A stretch of 63,284 nucleotides of DNA, the filler included, from Eubacteriales bacterium (GTDB taxonomy: Bacteria; Bacillota; Clostridia; Oscillospirales; CAG-382): the NCBI GenBank assembly GCA_045636665.1. It is 9 parts of 9 records of this genome, joined end to end, with 100 filler letters (N's around TTAATTAATTAA, not from the genome) between each part and the next. Parts side by side here need not be neighbours in the genome. Positions count along the whole stretch, not along the records: positions 5,143 to 11,057 come from JAZTXY010000111.1; positions 11,158 to 33,929 come from JAZTXY010000113.1; 7 more parts are not named here. One strand, written 5' to 3'. Every line of letters begins with the position of its first letter. The stretch's first letter is position 1. The position numbers and the translations under genes were made by a program. The notes beneath the pieces were generated by a model, which saw nothing but the letters and a program-made list of their open reading frames with translations, was not told where the DNA came from and ran no database searches. Shown here piece by piece: positions 9,601 through 18,761 of the stretch.

Positions 9601-11057
9601 TTAACCGATGGTATAAGTGCCCATTACATGACGTTTGATAAGGATGTAGTCGTATTTGTCAACTGCACCGTCGCTATTTACGTCAGCCGCGAGGTTCTGA
9701 ACGTCTGTAAGAGTTACGCTCTTCATAACCGCACGCTTAGCGAGGATATAGTCAAACTTTTCGATCTCGCCGTTATCGTTGATGTCGCCGGGAGTGAAGA
9801 CTACGCCGGACGAAAGGGTTGCTTCGACCTCATCGATCCAGACGAAATTACCGGTGCGAGCTATAGTATACTTGACGTAACGAGCGCGCTTGACATCTTC
9901 GGTAACGATGGTGTGCTCAAGAAGGGTTACGACAGCGCCGGTGTCAGCGGTGCCGTTGGTGCCCTTGGCATATTTGGTTGCAGAACCGAGATCGGTATAA
10001 GTCTTGCCGTCTTCGGAGATCTGGATGTTTACAGACTTGAGTGCGGAAATGCCCCAGAAGCCGTATGCTGAATATACGGTAAAGGAGTTAACCTCCTTCA
10101 CTTCGCCGAGGTCAACGATAACCTCAATGTCGGTGTTGTTCCAGCCTGCATAAGCAGAGCCGTTTACCGAGCCCTTGGAGCCGTCGGTAAGACGCTTGCC
10201 GTCGTCATCGTAAACGTCGTTTCTGTTGGGCTTGGTGGTGGTGTAATCAGCGCCGAGAGAGGTAGCGTCCTTGCTTACAACGTTGTTTACAAGCTCGGAA
10301 AGAACCGCGCATACACTTTCGATTTCTGCATTGGTTGCGGAGGACTTGGCATAAACATCCTCTGCAGCCTCAAGAGCAGCAACAAGCTTTTCGTAATTTT
10401 CGGGGATATAATCGGTGCGCTTTGCAGCCTTTGCCGCATCGATAACGTCCTTAAGCGCATTCTTATCGGTTTTAACGGTAACCTCAAAGGGTTCGGTATA
10501 AACGTAATATACGCCGCCGGTGGGGGTGGATGCGCGGTAGCCGAGAATTACGGTTGCCTTGCCTTCCTTAAGACCAACGAGCTTGCCGTTGACAACGGTA
10601 GCAACGTCTTCGCCCTCGATGACGCTTGCAACGGTGCTTGCGCCGTCTGCGATATATTCGTTATTGCCGTATTCAACCACGGTAGCGCCCGAAACGAGCT
10701 GCTGACCTACTGCGATGGATACGTTTTCGGGTGCCTTGAGATACTTAGCCATATTACGTGCCCATTGAGCATCGTCGGTGGTAACGCCGTCGCAGCCCGA
10801 GAAGAAGCCGCCGCTGTTGGAGCCGTAGTTATAGGTCCAGGGCCAGATGGTAATACCGCGGTCGGTAACTATCTTAGCCGCATAATTGCCCTTGGAGCTC
10901 ATAATGCCGCTTGCAGGGTTGATGGTGCTGTTAGCGCCCTGTGCGGTTACGAGATAGGTATAAATGGAAGCGAGTGCGTCCTCGGGAGTCTTGCCGTTAT
11001 CCTGACCGGAAACGAGATAACCGGTGGACATACCGGGATATTCCTTCTGAGTCTGGG
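9601..11057 (-). CDS. Multidomain secreted protein (5' truncated): GDPD-like tail, Ig-like, FIVAR, F5/8-type C (CBM32-like), C-terminal dockerin
   Basis: RGITIWPWTYN..GCDGVTTD (GDPD end); DKNALKDVIDAAK (FIVAR); LTDG..VIVDLGEVKEV..ARYVK..WIDEVE (discoidin); duplicated GDINDNGEIEKFDYIL / ADVNSDGAVDKYDYIL (dockerin). Confidence 0.75.
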
Positions 11058-11157
11058 NNNNNNNNNNNNNNNNNNNNNNNNNNNNNNNNNNNNNNNNNNN
11101 NTTAATTAATTAANNNNNNNNNNNNNNNNNNNNNNNNNNNNNNNNNNNNNNNNNNNN

Positions 11158-11709
11158 AAGATCACCTTCCTCAACGCATTCCAAGAAGCTGACGACGTTC
11201 TCCGTAAGGGCGTTCAATCTATCTGCGAACTCATCACTGTTGAAGGTATCATCAACCTCGACTTTGCAGACGTTTCCGCTGTAATGTCCGGTGCAGGCCT
11301 TGCACACATGGGTGTTGGCTCTGCTAAGGGCAAGGATAAGGCTGAACAAGCTGCTAAGATGGCTATGTCTTCGCCTCTCCTCGAAACCAACATCAGCGGT
11401 GCAAAGGGTATCGTTGTTCAGATTACCGGCTCGCCCGATATCGGACTTGACGAAATCGATTCCGCTGTTGCAATGATCACCAACGAAGCACAACCCGACG
11501 CTACCATCATCTTCGGTGCGGCTCTTGATCCCACCCTTGAAGATGAAATGCGCATCACTCTTATTGCTACCGGCTTTGATGCTGATAAGAAGAGCACCGA
11601 CGTTCGCCGTCAAATGGCTGCTGCTGAAGCTGCTCAAAAGGTTGAAGAAGCTCCCAAGGAATCCAATACCGATATCGACGATATCCTCAGCATGCTCAAT
11701 AAGAGATAA
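11158..11709 (+). CDS. ftsZ: Cell division GTPase FtsZ (5' truncated)
   Basis: AFQEADDVLRKGVQ, T7 loop INLDFADV, AHMGVG, SSPLLE, IIFGA, ITLIATGF. Confidence 0.96.
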   Translation, partial: KITFLNAFQEADDVLRKGVQSICELITVEGIINLDFADVSAVMSGAGLAHMGVGSAKGKDKAEQAAKMAMSSPLLETNISGAKGIVVQITGSPDIGLDEIDSAVAMITNEAQPDATIIFGAALDPTLEDEMRITLIATGFDADKKSTDVRRQMAAAEAAQKVEEAPKESNTDIDDILSMLNKR

Positions 11710-11722
11710 ATTATATTTACAT

Positions 11723-11757
11723 AAAAAGTCCGCCGATTTTTCTCGGTGGACTTTTTT
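11723..11757 (+). terminator. Intrinsic terminator after ftsZ
   Basis: AAAAAGTCCGCCGA-TTTTTC-TCGGTGGACTTTTTT. Confidence 0.8.
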
Positions 11758-11861
11758 ATCACCCTACGGTTGAAGCGTTTAAATTAACAATCGATTGATT
11801 TTTATACTCATTGGTGATATAATTAACTCACATTGGAACAAGCACTCCAAAGGGGACCAAG

Positions 11862-13373
11862 ATGAAATTATTAATTTCCGAAAATCTAAAAAAACTACGC
11901 GAAGAAAAGGGCTTAACGCAAAGCGAGCTTGCCGATGAGCTTTCTGTTACGCCGCAATCGGTATCGCGTTGGGAAAAGGGATTGGCATATCCCGATATCG
12001 AAAAACTGCCTCAACTTTCAAAGCTTTTCGACGTCACTATCGATGAGCTTATGGGTAATAGCAAATCAAAACTTCATTCTATAACCCAAGAGCTTATTAA
12101 GGTCAGAACCCGCTTGTTTGAAAATCCCGAGGATTCGGTAAGAAAAGAATATTTCGAGCTATTAGAGCAAAGTGTAAATATCGGTTCAAACCGCTTTTTG
12201 TGTGAATATTATAACGCATCGCGCAAAATGAAAAACGATCAAATTGTTTCTGACGAAAAATACAGCAAGGTCAAAGAAACCGTAACTAAAAAGCTTCTTG
12301 AAATGAAACCCGAAGAACGGGTAAACGCCCTTGTAGTAATTGTTGCGAACGAAGACGAAGAAAATTTCGATTATTGGGAGCAATTTATCGGAAATGACAA
12401 TAACCGTGCTTGCTGGAACGATATTTTATTACTTCGAAGCGTAATTCGTAAGGATGAAGAAAACTTTTCGAATTATCGCAGTGAGGTGCTGTTCCAAGAC
12501 CTTTCCAAAACGCTTTTCCTTATCAATCAAAAAAGCTCTCCCGAATTTTTTACATCTCCCGAAAGCTTGGAAAACTGTCTATTGGCAAAAGCGCTTATAT
12601 CCAATCTGTCAAAGCGCGACGATGATATATTTATCTTCAACCGTATTACCGCAGAAACGCGTCTTGCAAATACATATCTATTGCTTGGCGATATAGAAAA
12701 CGCATGTGCATCATTCGATCGCATAAAGGAGCTTATGCCCATCTGCAAGGAAATGGCAGGGAAGAATGCAAAGGGGTCAATCGACCTGTTCGGTGATTAC
12801 GAATATGTAATCGAGCCGTATAAGTACGAAAACCTTTTCTTTGAAATCGATATAATCATCGGCACCGAGCCGTTCATTAATCTTAAAGAAAAGGATAAAC
12901 GCCTTTCCGATTTTGACGCATTTATCGCAAAGCTTCACGGTGAAATAGATGCTTTTTGTTACCTGCCCTCAAACGAGCGCAAAAACTTCGAAAATCTCTA
13001 TAACCGTGCATATGCTTTAGCCCAAAGTATTAAAAACCCAAAGCCGAGCTACGCATTTGCAATCGAAACCGAAAAGGGAAATATCTATGAATGCTGTATC
13101 TGCATCGATCCCTATTCGGATAATGAAATCGAGCATTTTACAGAAATGCTTAAGAGTAAGAACGATACGAAAATCAAATTCCTTGTCGGCTTTTTGTTTG
13201 ATTACAGCCAACAAATTTGTCTTGAAATGCCCTCGCATTACATCCGTACAAAGCTTTGCGATATGAATAAGCAAAACCTTTATACCGACCTTCTTTTGCA
13301 AGGCTACGCTTCGTATATAAAAAAGAACATCCGCACAACCTTTTCAAAGTTCAACCAAATCAAATACGAATAA
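11862..13373 (+). CDS. XRE-family HTH regulator with helical middle region and C-terminal degenerate cytidine-deaminase-like domain
   Basis: LKKLREEKGLTQSELADELSVTPQSVSRWEKG.AYPDI (XRE); C-terminal AIETEKGNIY...NDTKIKFLV...MPSHYIRTKL. Confidence 0.8.
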   Translation: MKLLISENLKKLREEKGLTQSELADELSVTPQSVSRWEKGLAYPDIEKLPQLSKLFDVTIDELMGNSKSKLHSITQELIKVRTRLFENPEDSVRKEYFELLEQSVNIGSNRFLCEYYNASRKMKNDQIVSDEKYSKVKETVTKKLLEMKPEERVNALVVIVANEDEENFDYWEQFIGNDNNRACWNDILLLRSVIRKDEENFSNYRSEVLFQDLSKTLFLINQKSSPEFFTSPESLENCLLAKALISNLSKRDDDIFIFNRITAETRLANTYLLLGDIENACASFDRIKELMPICKEMAGKNAKGSIDLFGDYEYVIEPYKYENLFFEIDIIIGTEPFINLKEKDKRLSDFDAFIAKLHGEIDAFCYLPSNERKNFENLYNRAYALAQSIKNPKPSYAFAIETEKGNIYECCICIDPYSDNEIEHFTEMLKSKNDTKIKFLVGFLFDYSQQICLEMPSHYIRTKLCDMNKQNLYTDLLLQGYASYIKKNIRTTFSKFNQIKYE

Positions 13374-13380
13374 CGTAAAA

Positions 13381-13408
13381 AAGAGAACAGGTTATTCCTG
13401 TTCTCTTG
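13381..13408. terminator. Bidirectional terminator
   Basis: AAGAGAACAGG-TTATT-CCTGTTCTCTT between convergent genes. Confidence 0.75.
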
Positions 13409-13416
13409 ATTTTTAT

Positions 13417-15990
13417 TTACTGTTCGGTAACGGTTACCTTAATATTAATTGTCTTATTGCCGAATCCGCCGTCGAAAATTTTGATTTGAATTAAATCTTC
13501 ACCGACGTAACCCTTCATAGCCTTATAAGTCAAATCGCCATTCTCGTTAAGCTGTACTTGACCATAGGCGGGTGTTGTTACGAATCGGTAATCATACGCA
13601 GAAAGGTCACCGATATTTATCGAGGCTGATGTGCCGTGCTTAACAGTAATCTCGTTATCGGTAAAGGAATCAAGCCCCTTTGAGGTGGTAACGTAATAAT
13701 CTGCATTAAGCTTTTCGGTAGCATAAAGAATGGTTTCTTTATACATCGCCTTGTCATTTTCGACGTCCTTTTTATAACCTTGAACGTATGCGCCGGGTAA
13801 TCCGCCTTGATAATATACCTTAATCGAGTTCATATAACCGATTTCATATCCGGTTTGGAGATATGCGCGGTAAAGCTCAAGCGTTTCGTCGCTGATAACA
13901 CCGCCCTCAATTTCGATTTCAACACACATACCGTAAAGCTTCGCGAGCTCGCCCGTTGTAGCGCAACGGGTCGGATCCGTGTCGTAGAACATATAGTTGG
14001 GCTGTAAGCAAGCGATGTCAAAACCGACGTGTTGGTTCAACCAAATGCCGTTTGCGGTGTAGTAGGGACACCAGAAGGTCAAATAACCTTTTTCGTGAAC
14101 GTAGTTGTTCAAGAATATCATCGTATCGATATCCATTTCGGTACGAACCGATTCAAATTGCCAATAAAAGCCCACGAATTCAAGGTTTTTATAATTTTGC
14201 TCGTTAAAGCGTTTGATTATCTCGTCAACCTGCCATTTAAGACATTCATTGGACTGCTCAACCGTAGTAACGGAAGCTCCGTTGAAGGTATCGCCTTTTG
14301 CAGGAGCGTTAACACAAATCCAAATTTTTACCTTGTCGTTGGTGCCAAGCTCATTGTTAAGACGTTCTTTCGCGTTTTCAACCGCATCGAGATTCAAACC
14401 CTTATAGAACAATTCATCCAAGAACCAGTCAACGCATTCGTTGCGGTTTTGGTGGTTGTTCAAATCACCTCTCGTGGAGAATGCAATTGAGTCCATAAAC
14501 ACGCCGTTTGCTTTTCCGTTTTCGTCGAAAGTGGAAAGGTAAATATAAGCGCTTTCTTCGCTCATAACGTGAAGGTCGGTACAATGCTTGCCGTAACCGT
14601 CGGTAATCGGAGCAAACAAAAGGTTTTCAATTCCGTATTTTTCGGTGCTTACGTATTTGCCGTAAGGCGAATCGTCTTCAATAGCTGTGACTGCACCCTC
14701 GGGATTCTTCTTGCCGATAACTTCAAATTCGCCAAGATAGACCGAGCTTGAAATCGTACCGTTGGGCATTGTTGCGAAGGTCAAACGAACGTATCTTGCC
14801 TTATAAGTGTCGGAAAATTTGATATTGTGAGTATCCTCAATAAGCAATTCCTTTCCGTAATTTTCCTTGTAATAGGAATAAACGGTAGTCCAATCGGTTC
14901 CGTTTTCACTCAAACTTACGTAGTAAACGGGAGGAGTGGAAACACCCCATGTGTATTTATCATAGAACGAAAACGTAGCACCGCTTACCGACATAATATG
15001 ACCGAGGTCGCAAACGATATGACGTCCGCCTGCGCGTTGGCTTATAAAATAATCGGTGTTGAGATTACCGTGGTAACGGCCGTCGTTAAGAAGCGAAATC
15101 TTCTTTTTCGGCGAACTTGTATTAGATGAGTTCATCGGGTCAAAATGGGCAATCTGAAATTCAACGCCCTCAAGCTTTGCAAGATTTTGTTCTTTGTTAT
15201 AATCTGCATCGCTTTCGCTGACCTGAACGTTCGAAGCGCCTAAATTAAGCTTGTAATCATAAAAGCTATCAACCGTAAGATTTTGGTCTTCTGTTTTAAG
15301 AACGTCTCGGCTAATCGTTCCTTCGCTGTTATAATCGTAAGCCGCAATTTCGTCAATGAACAAAAACGAATAGTCTTGATTAGCGCAGAAAACACGGATA
15401 TATCTTGCGCTCGTACCCTTCGGGAAACCGAAAGAATATTCATATTTCATCGTTTCGGGTACGTTTGCGGGTGTTGCGATTTTGCCGATCTCCGTATAGT
15501 TTTCACCGTCATCGGAAACCTGAATCGCAACGTAATTAGGCAAACCTATGCCGTAATCTACAACTCTTAAGCAACCAATCGTAATGTCGGCTATGTTGTG
15601 TTGGCTTTCACCGAGGTCAAAGTCGATAAATACCAGAGAACCGCCTTTCCAACCAAGGTATGACTCTTTGTTAAAGGCATCAAACGTTTCACCGTTTGTG
15701 AGCTTGGATCCGTTGTCGGAATACGCCGGGTCGGTTTCTCTGCTTATTTTGTATTTAACGCCTCTGAAAACGTTGGTGGCAAGCATTTTTCTGTCGATTT
15801 CGTTTACAAGAAAGGAGTTGATTTTTTCAACGTTTTCGTTAAGTACGAAGTCATCAAGAACAGTGCTTCCCTCACTTACGTCGGAAACGGCAGAATCGGT
15901 TTCGGAAGAAACGTTTTCTGTGCCGTCATCACAAGCAACAACCGAAAAAAGTAAAAACAAACAAAGCGCCAAAGCGATCAGATTTTTCAT
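13417..15990 (-). CDS. Lipoprotein with two discoidin/F5-8C-like domains, DUF4855-like TIM barrel and C-terminal Ig-like domain
   Basis: Lipobox VVAC; FDLG..ARYIRV..IDEI; CDLG..ARYVRL..GEFEV; GFYWQFES, WCPYY, GFDIACLQPNYMF, VEIE, YYQG. Confidence 0.72.
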   Translation of the reverse strand: MKNLIALALCLFLLFSVVACDDGTENVSSETDSAVSDVSEGSTVLDDFVLNENVEKINSFLVNEIDRKMLATNVFRGVKYKISRETDPAYSDNGSKLTNGETFDAFNKESYLGWKGGSLVFIDFDLGESQHNIADITIGCLRVVDYGIGLPNYVAIQVSDDGENYTEIGKIATPANVPETMKYEYSFGFPKGTSARYIRVFCANQDYSFLFIDEIAAYDYNSEGTISRDVLKTEDQNLTVDSFYDYKLNLGASNVQVSESDADYNKEQNLAKLEGVEFQIAHFDPMNSSNTSSPKKKISLLNDGRYHGNLNTDYFISQRAGGRHIVCDLGHIMSVSGATFSFYDKYTWGVSTPPVYYVSLSENGTDWTTVYSYYKENYGKELLIEDTHNIKFSDTYKARYVRLTFATMPNGTISSSVYLGEFEVIGKKNPEGAVTAIEDDSPYGKYVSTEKYGIENLLFAPITDGYGKHCTDLHVMSEESAYIYLSTFDENGKANGVFMDSIAFSTRGDLNNHQNRNECVDWFLDELFYKGLNLDAVENAKERLNNELGTNDKVKIWICVNAPAKGDTFNGASVTTVEQSNECLKWQVDEIIKRFNEQNYKNLEFVGFYWQFESVRTEMDIDTMIFLNNYVHEKGYLTFWCPYYTANGIWLNQHVGFDIACLQPNYMFYDTDPTRCATTGELAKLYGMCVEIEIEGGVISDETLELYRAYLQTGYEIGYMNSIKVYYQGGLPGAYVQGYKKDVENDKAMYKETILYATEKLNADYYVTTSKGLDSFTDNEITVKHGTSASINIGDLSAYDYRFVTTPAYGQVQLNENGDLTYKAMKGYVGEDLIQIKIFDGGFGNKTINIKVTVTEQ

Positions 15991-16004
15991 TTTTGACCCC
16001 CCAA

Positions 16005-16823
16005 TTAATAAGGTTTAGATTGATATGAGAAATTTCCGTTCTTTTCGTAGGAAGAGATTATTTCTGAATCTGCATTAACTTCGGCTTCAATTAATGTTGC
16101 CAAAGCAAAGCTTGTGTTTTCGTTTTGCAATTTAACAAGCTTGGAATGTCCTTTTACTACGAAATGATTGCCGTCCTTACAAGCAACCGCAATCTCGTCT
16201 CCGTCCTGCGTTCCGTATGGCTTGGTAGGGAAGAGAACGTAAGGCGAAAGCAAAAGCTTTGTCTTTTCAAAGGGCTTGTTTTCAAATTCAACAGCGTTTT
16301 CGGCAATAACCTTCGCAATAAGCTCGGGTGTCGCAGTTGTCGAGTCGATAATAAGGTCGTAATTATTGTAATCGAAATTATCAACGCCGTATATCATTTT
16401 AAATCTTGTGTTTTCTTCAACGCTTCTTGAAATAAGCATTTCTCTTGCTTCTTCAAGCGAGCTGTACTTTTCGACGTTGCCTCTGTCAGCCGCCAAAACG
16501 CGTCTTGCGGCAACGGTAGGGTCAACGTACATATAAACCTTAAAGGTGTTTTCGGCGAAATGCCAAGCCATTCTCGAATCGTAAATCAGCTTGTCGCCCT
16601 TTCTTTCTCTCGAAAGCTCGACAACCGCATCGTCGATAACGTGGTCAAGCGCAGGGTCTTCGCGCATACGCTTGTTCAATTCAAGAGTTGAGATGCCCAT
16701 TTCCTCGGCAATCTTTCTTTGAATCGTGCCCGTGCTGTATATGCTGTATCCGTACTGCTTGTTCAATATGTCGCAAACAGTCGATTTACCGCTTCCAAGC
16801 TTACCCGAAAAAGCGATTTGCAT
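16005..16823 (-). CDS. Cytidylate kinase type 2 (archaeal-like Cmk)/AAA protein with C-terminal extension
   Basis: Start reassigned to ATG 16823 (RBS GGAGG): MQIAFSGKLGSGKSTV, STG..QR, DSRMAWHF, YDLIIDST. Confidence 0.8.
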   Translation of the reverse strand: MQIAFSGKLGSGKSTVCDILNKQYGYSIYSTGTIQRKIAEEMGISTLELNKRMREDPALDHVIDDAVVELSRERKGDKLIYDSRMAWHFAENTFKVYMYVDPTVAARRVLAADRGNVEKYSSLEEAREMLISRSVEENTRFKMIYGVDNFDYNNYDLIIDSTTATPELIAKVIAENAVEFENKPFEKTKLLLSPYVLFPTKPYGTQDGDEIAVACKDGNHFVVKGHSKLVKLQNENTSFALATLIEAEVNADSEIISSYEKNGNFSYQSKPY

Positions 16824-16957
16824 ATTATTTTCCTCCAAAAAATTCAAATTGTGTTGTATTTTGCTACTAAAGTATTGTGTTTTATTATAGCATTTCGCCG
16901 ATGTGATGTCAATAGAAATGCCTTCCGAATTTACGGAAGGCATTTGTTTTTGATTGA

Positions 16958-17374
16958 TTATATCGGCTTTATCATCATACAGTGCGGACAACCCTCTTCT
17001 TCATCAAAATCGCCCGTTTTCGTATAACCGATTTTTTCATAAAATTCGGCGGCGCGCATTTGGGAATGAATGTAAATGGATTTTCCGCCGATGCTTTTAA
17101 TATGTTCTTCCGCGGCTTTAACTATCAAAGAACCGAGTCCTTTTCCGCGGAAAACCTTTAAAACGGCAATTCTGCCGATAAGGTATTTGTTGTCACCAAG
17201 AGTAAGCACCCTGCTTGTGGCAACCGCTTTGCCGTCAATATATCCGACAAAATGGATAGCGTTTTTGTCGTCGCTGTCGAATTCTTCGGAAAAACCTTGC
17301 TCGTCAACGAAAACCTCAACGCGAATGTTAGCCGCATCTTCGGGCAGTTGGTAAAAAACTTTAATATCCATCAA
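16958..17374 (-). CDS. GNAT N-acetyltransferase (YjcF/ElaA-like)
   Basis: IRVEVFVDEQG, IGRIAVLKVFRGKGLG, FYEKIGY, PHCMM. Confidence 0.9.
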   Translation of the reverse strand: MMDIKVFYQLPEDAANIRVEVFVDEQGFSEEFDSDDKNAIHFVGYIDGKAVATSRVLTLGDNKYLIGRIAVLKVFRGKGLGSLIVKAAEEHIKSIGGKSIYIHSQMRAAEFYEKIGYTKTGDFDEEEGCPHCMMIKPI

Positions 17375-18613
17375 TTATTCGTAAATGGGATATTTCGAGC
17401 AGAGCTTATCAACCTCTGCGATGATATATTCGCGGCTGTTTTCAAGGTCGGTAGCGCAAAGCTTGATGAGCTTAGCAACAACCTTCATATCTTCTTCCTT
17501 GAATCCGCGCGATGTAACTGCGGGAGTGCCTACACGAATACCGCTTGTGATGGTGGGCTTCTGAGGATCGTCGGGAATAGCGTTCTTGTTAACGGTAATG
17601 TGAACCTCGTCGAGGTTGTGTTCAAGCTCTTTACCGGTAACGCCCATACTGCGAAGGTCGATAAGAAGCAAGTGGTTATCGGTACCGCCGGAAACAAGGT
17701 CAAAGCCTTCTTCCTTCAAAGCGATTTCAAGTGCCTTAGCATTTTTAACGATCTGCGCTTGGTATTCCTTATATTCATCGGTAAGAGCTTCACCGAAAGC
17801 TACTGCCTTAGCTGCGATAATGTGTTCAAGAGGACCGCCTTGGGTACCGGGGAAGATTGCCTTGTCAATTTGCTTTGCATACTGCTCCTTGCAAAGGATC
17901 AAGCCGCCTCTCGGACCGCGAAGAGTCTTATGAGTGGTTGTGGTAACAACGTCTGCATAGGGAACAGGGCTGGGATGAACGCCTGCCGCAACAAGACCTG
18001 CGATGTGCGCCATATCAACCATAAGAATAGCGCCGACTTTATCAGCGATTTCACGGCAACGTGCAAAATCGATAACTCTGGGATAAGCGCTTGCGCCAAC
18101 AACGATAAGCTTGGGTTGGCATTCAAGAGCAGTAGCTTCCATCTTGTCGTAATCGATTCTGTGAGTTTCGGAATCAACGCCGTAAGGAACAACGTTAAAA
18201 TATTTACCCGAAATATTAACGGGCGAGCCGTGAGAAAGGTGAGCGCCGTGTGCAAGGTTCATACCCATTAGAGTGTCGGCGGGCTGTAAGAAAGCAAAGA
18301 AAACAGCAAGGTTTGCGCTTGCGCCGCAGTGGGGCTGTACGTTTGCGTGTTCAGCGCCGAAAAGCTTCTTTGCGCGTTCGATAGCGATAGCTTCGACCTT
18401 GTCAACCTCTTCGCATCCGCCGTAATATCTGCGTCCGGGGTAACCTTCTGCATATTTGTTGGTAAGTATAGTGCCTGCAGCCGCAAGAACGCCTTCGCTA
18501 ACGATGTTTTCGCTGGCGATAAGCTCAATATTGCGCTTTTGACGCTTAAATTCGCTGTCAACCGCGCCTGCGACCTCAGGGTCAACTTTGTATAAATATT
18601 CGATGTTGTTCAT
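17375..18613 (-). CDS. glyA: Serine hydroxymethyltransferase
   Basis: [37 protein letters not shown]; start at 18613 with GAGGTG RBS. Confidence 0.98.
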   Translation of the reverse strand: MNNIEYLYKVDPEVAGAVDSEFKRQKRNIELIASENIVSEGVLAAAGTILTNKYAEGYPGRRYYGGCEEVDKVEAIAIERAKKLFGAEHANVQPHCGASANLAVFFAFLQPADTLMGMNLAHGAHLSHGSPVNISGKYFNVVPYGVDSETHRIDYDKMEATALECQPKLIVVGASAYPRVIDFARCREIADKVGAILMVDMAHIAGLVAAGVHPSPVPYADVVTTTTHKTLRGPRGGLILCKEQYAKQIDKAIFPGTQGGPLEHIIAAKAVAFGEALTDEYKEYQAQIVKNAKALEIALKEEGFDLVSGGTDNHLLLIDLRSMGVTGKELEHNLDEVHITVNKNAIPDDPQKPTITSGIRVGTPAVTSRGFKEEDMKVVAKLIKLCATDLENSREYIIAEVDKLCSKYPIYE

Positions 18614-18720
18614 AGTGCACCTCATCATTTCATAATTACATATAGAATATCACAAAATCATCGTTGATTTGTGAATAAATTGTAAACAAACGCGTTTTTT
18701 AGCATATTATTGTGTAAAAG

Positions 18721-18746
18721 AAAAGCCGTCAAAACGACGGCTTTTT
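18721..18746 (-). terminator. Intrinsic terminator
   Basis: AAAAGCCGTC-AAAAC-GACGGCTTTT. Confidence 0.75.
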
Positions 18747-18761
18747 GTGCATTTTTTATTA

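Noticed and set aside
18614..18720. Possible ZTP/glycine/THF riboswitch upstream of glyA
   Set aside because: Short AT-rich region without recognisable aptamer motifs
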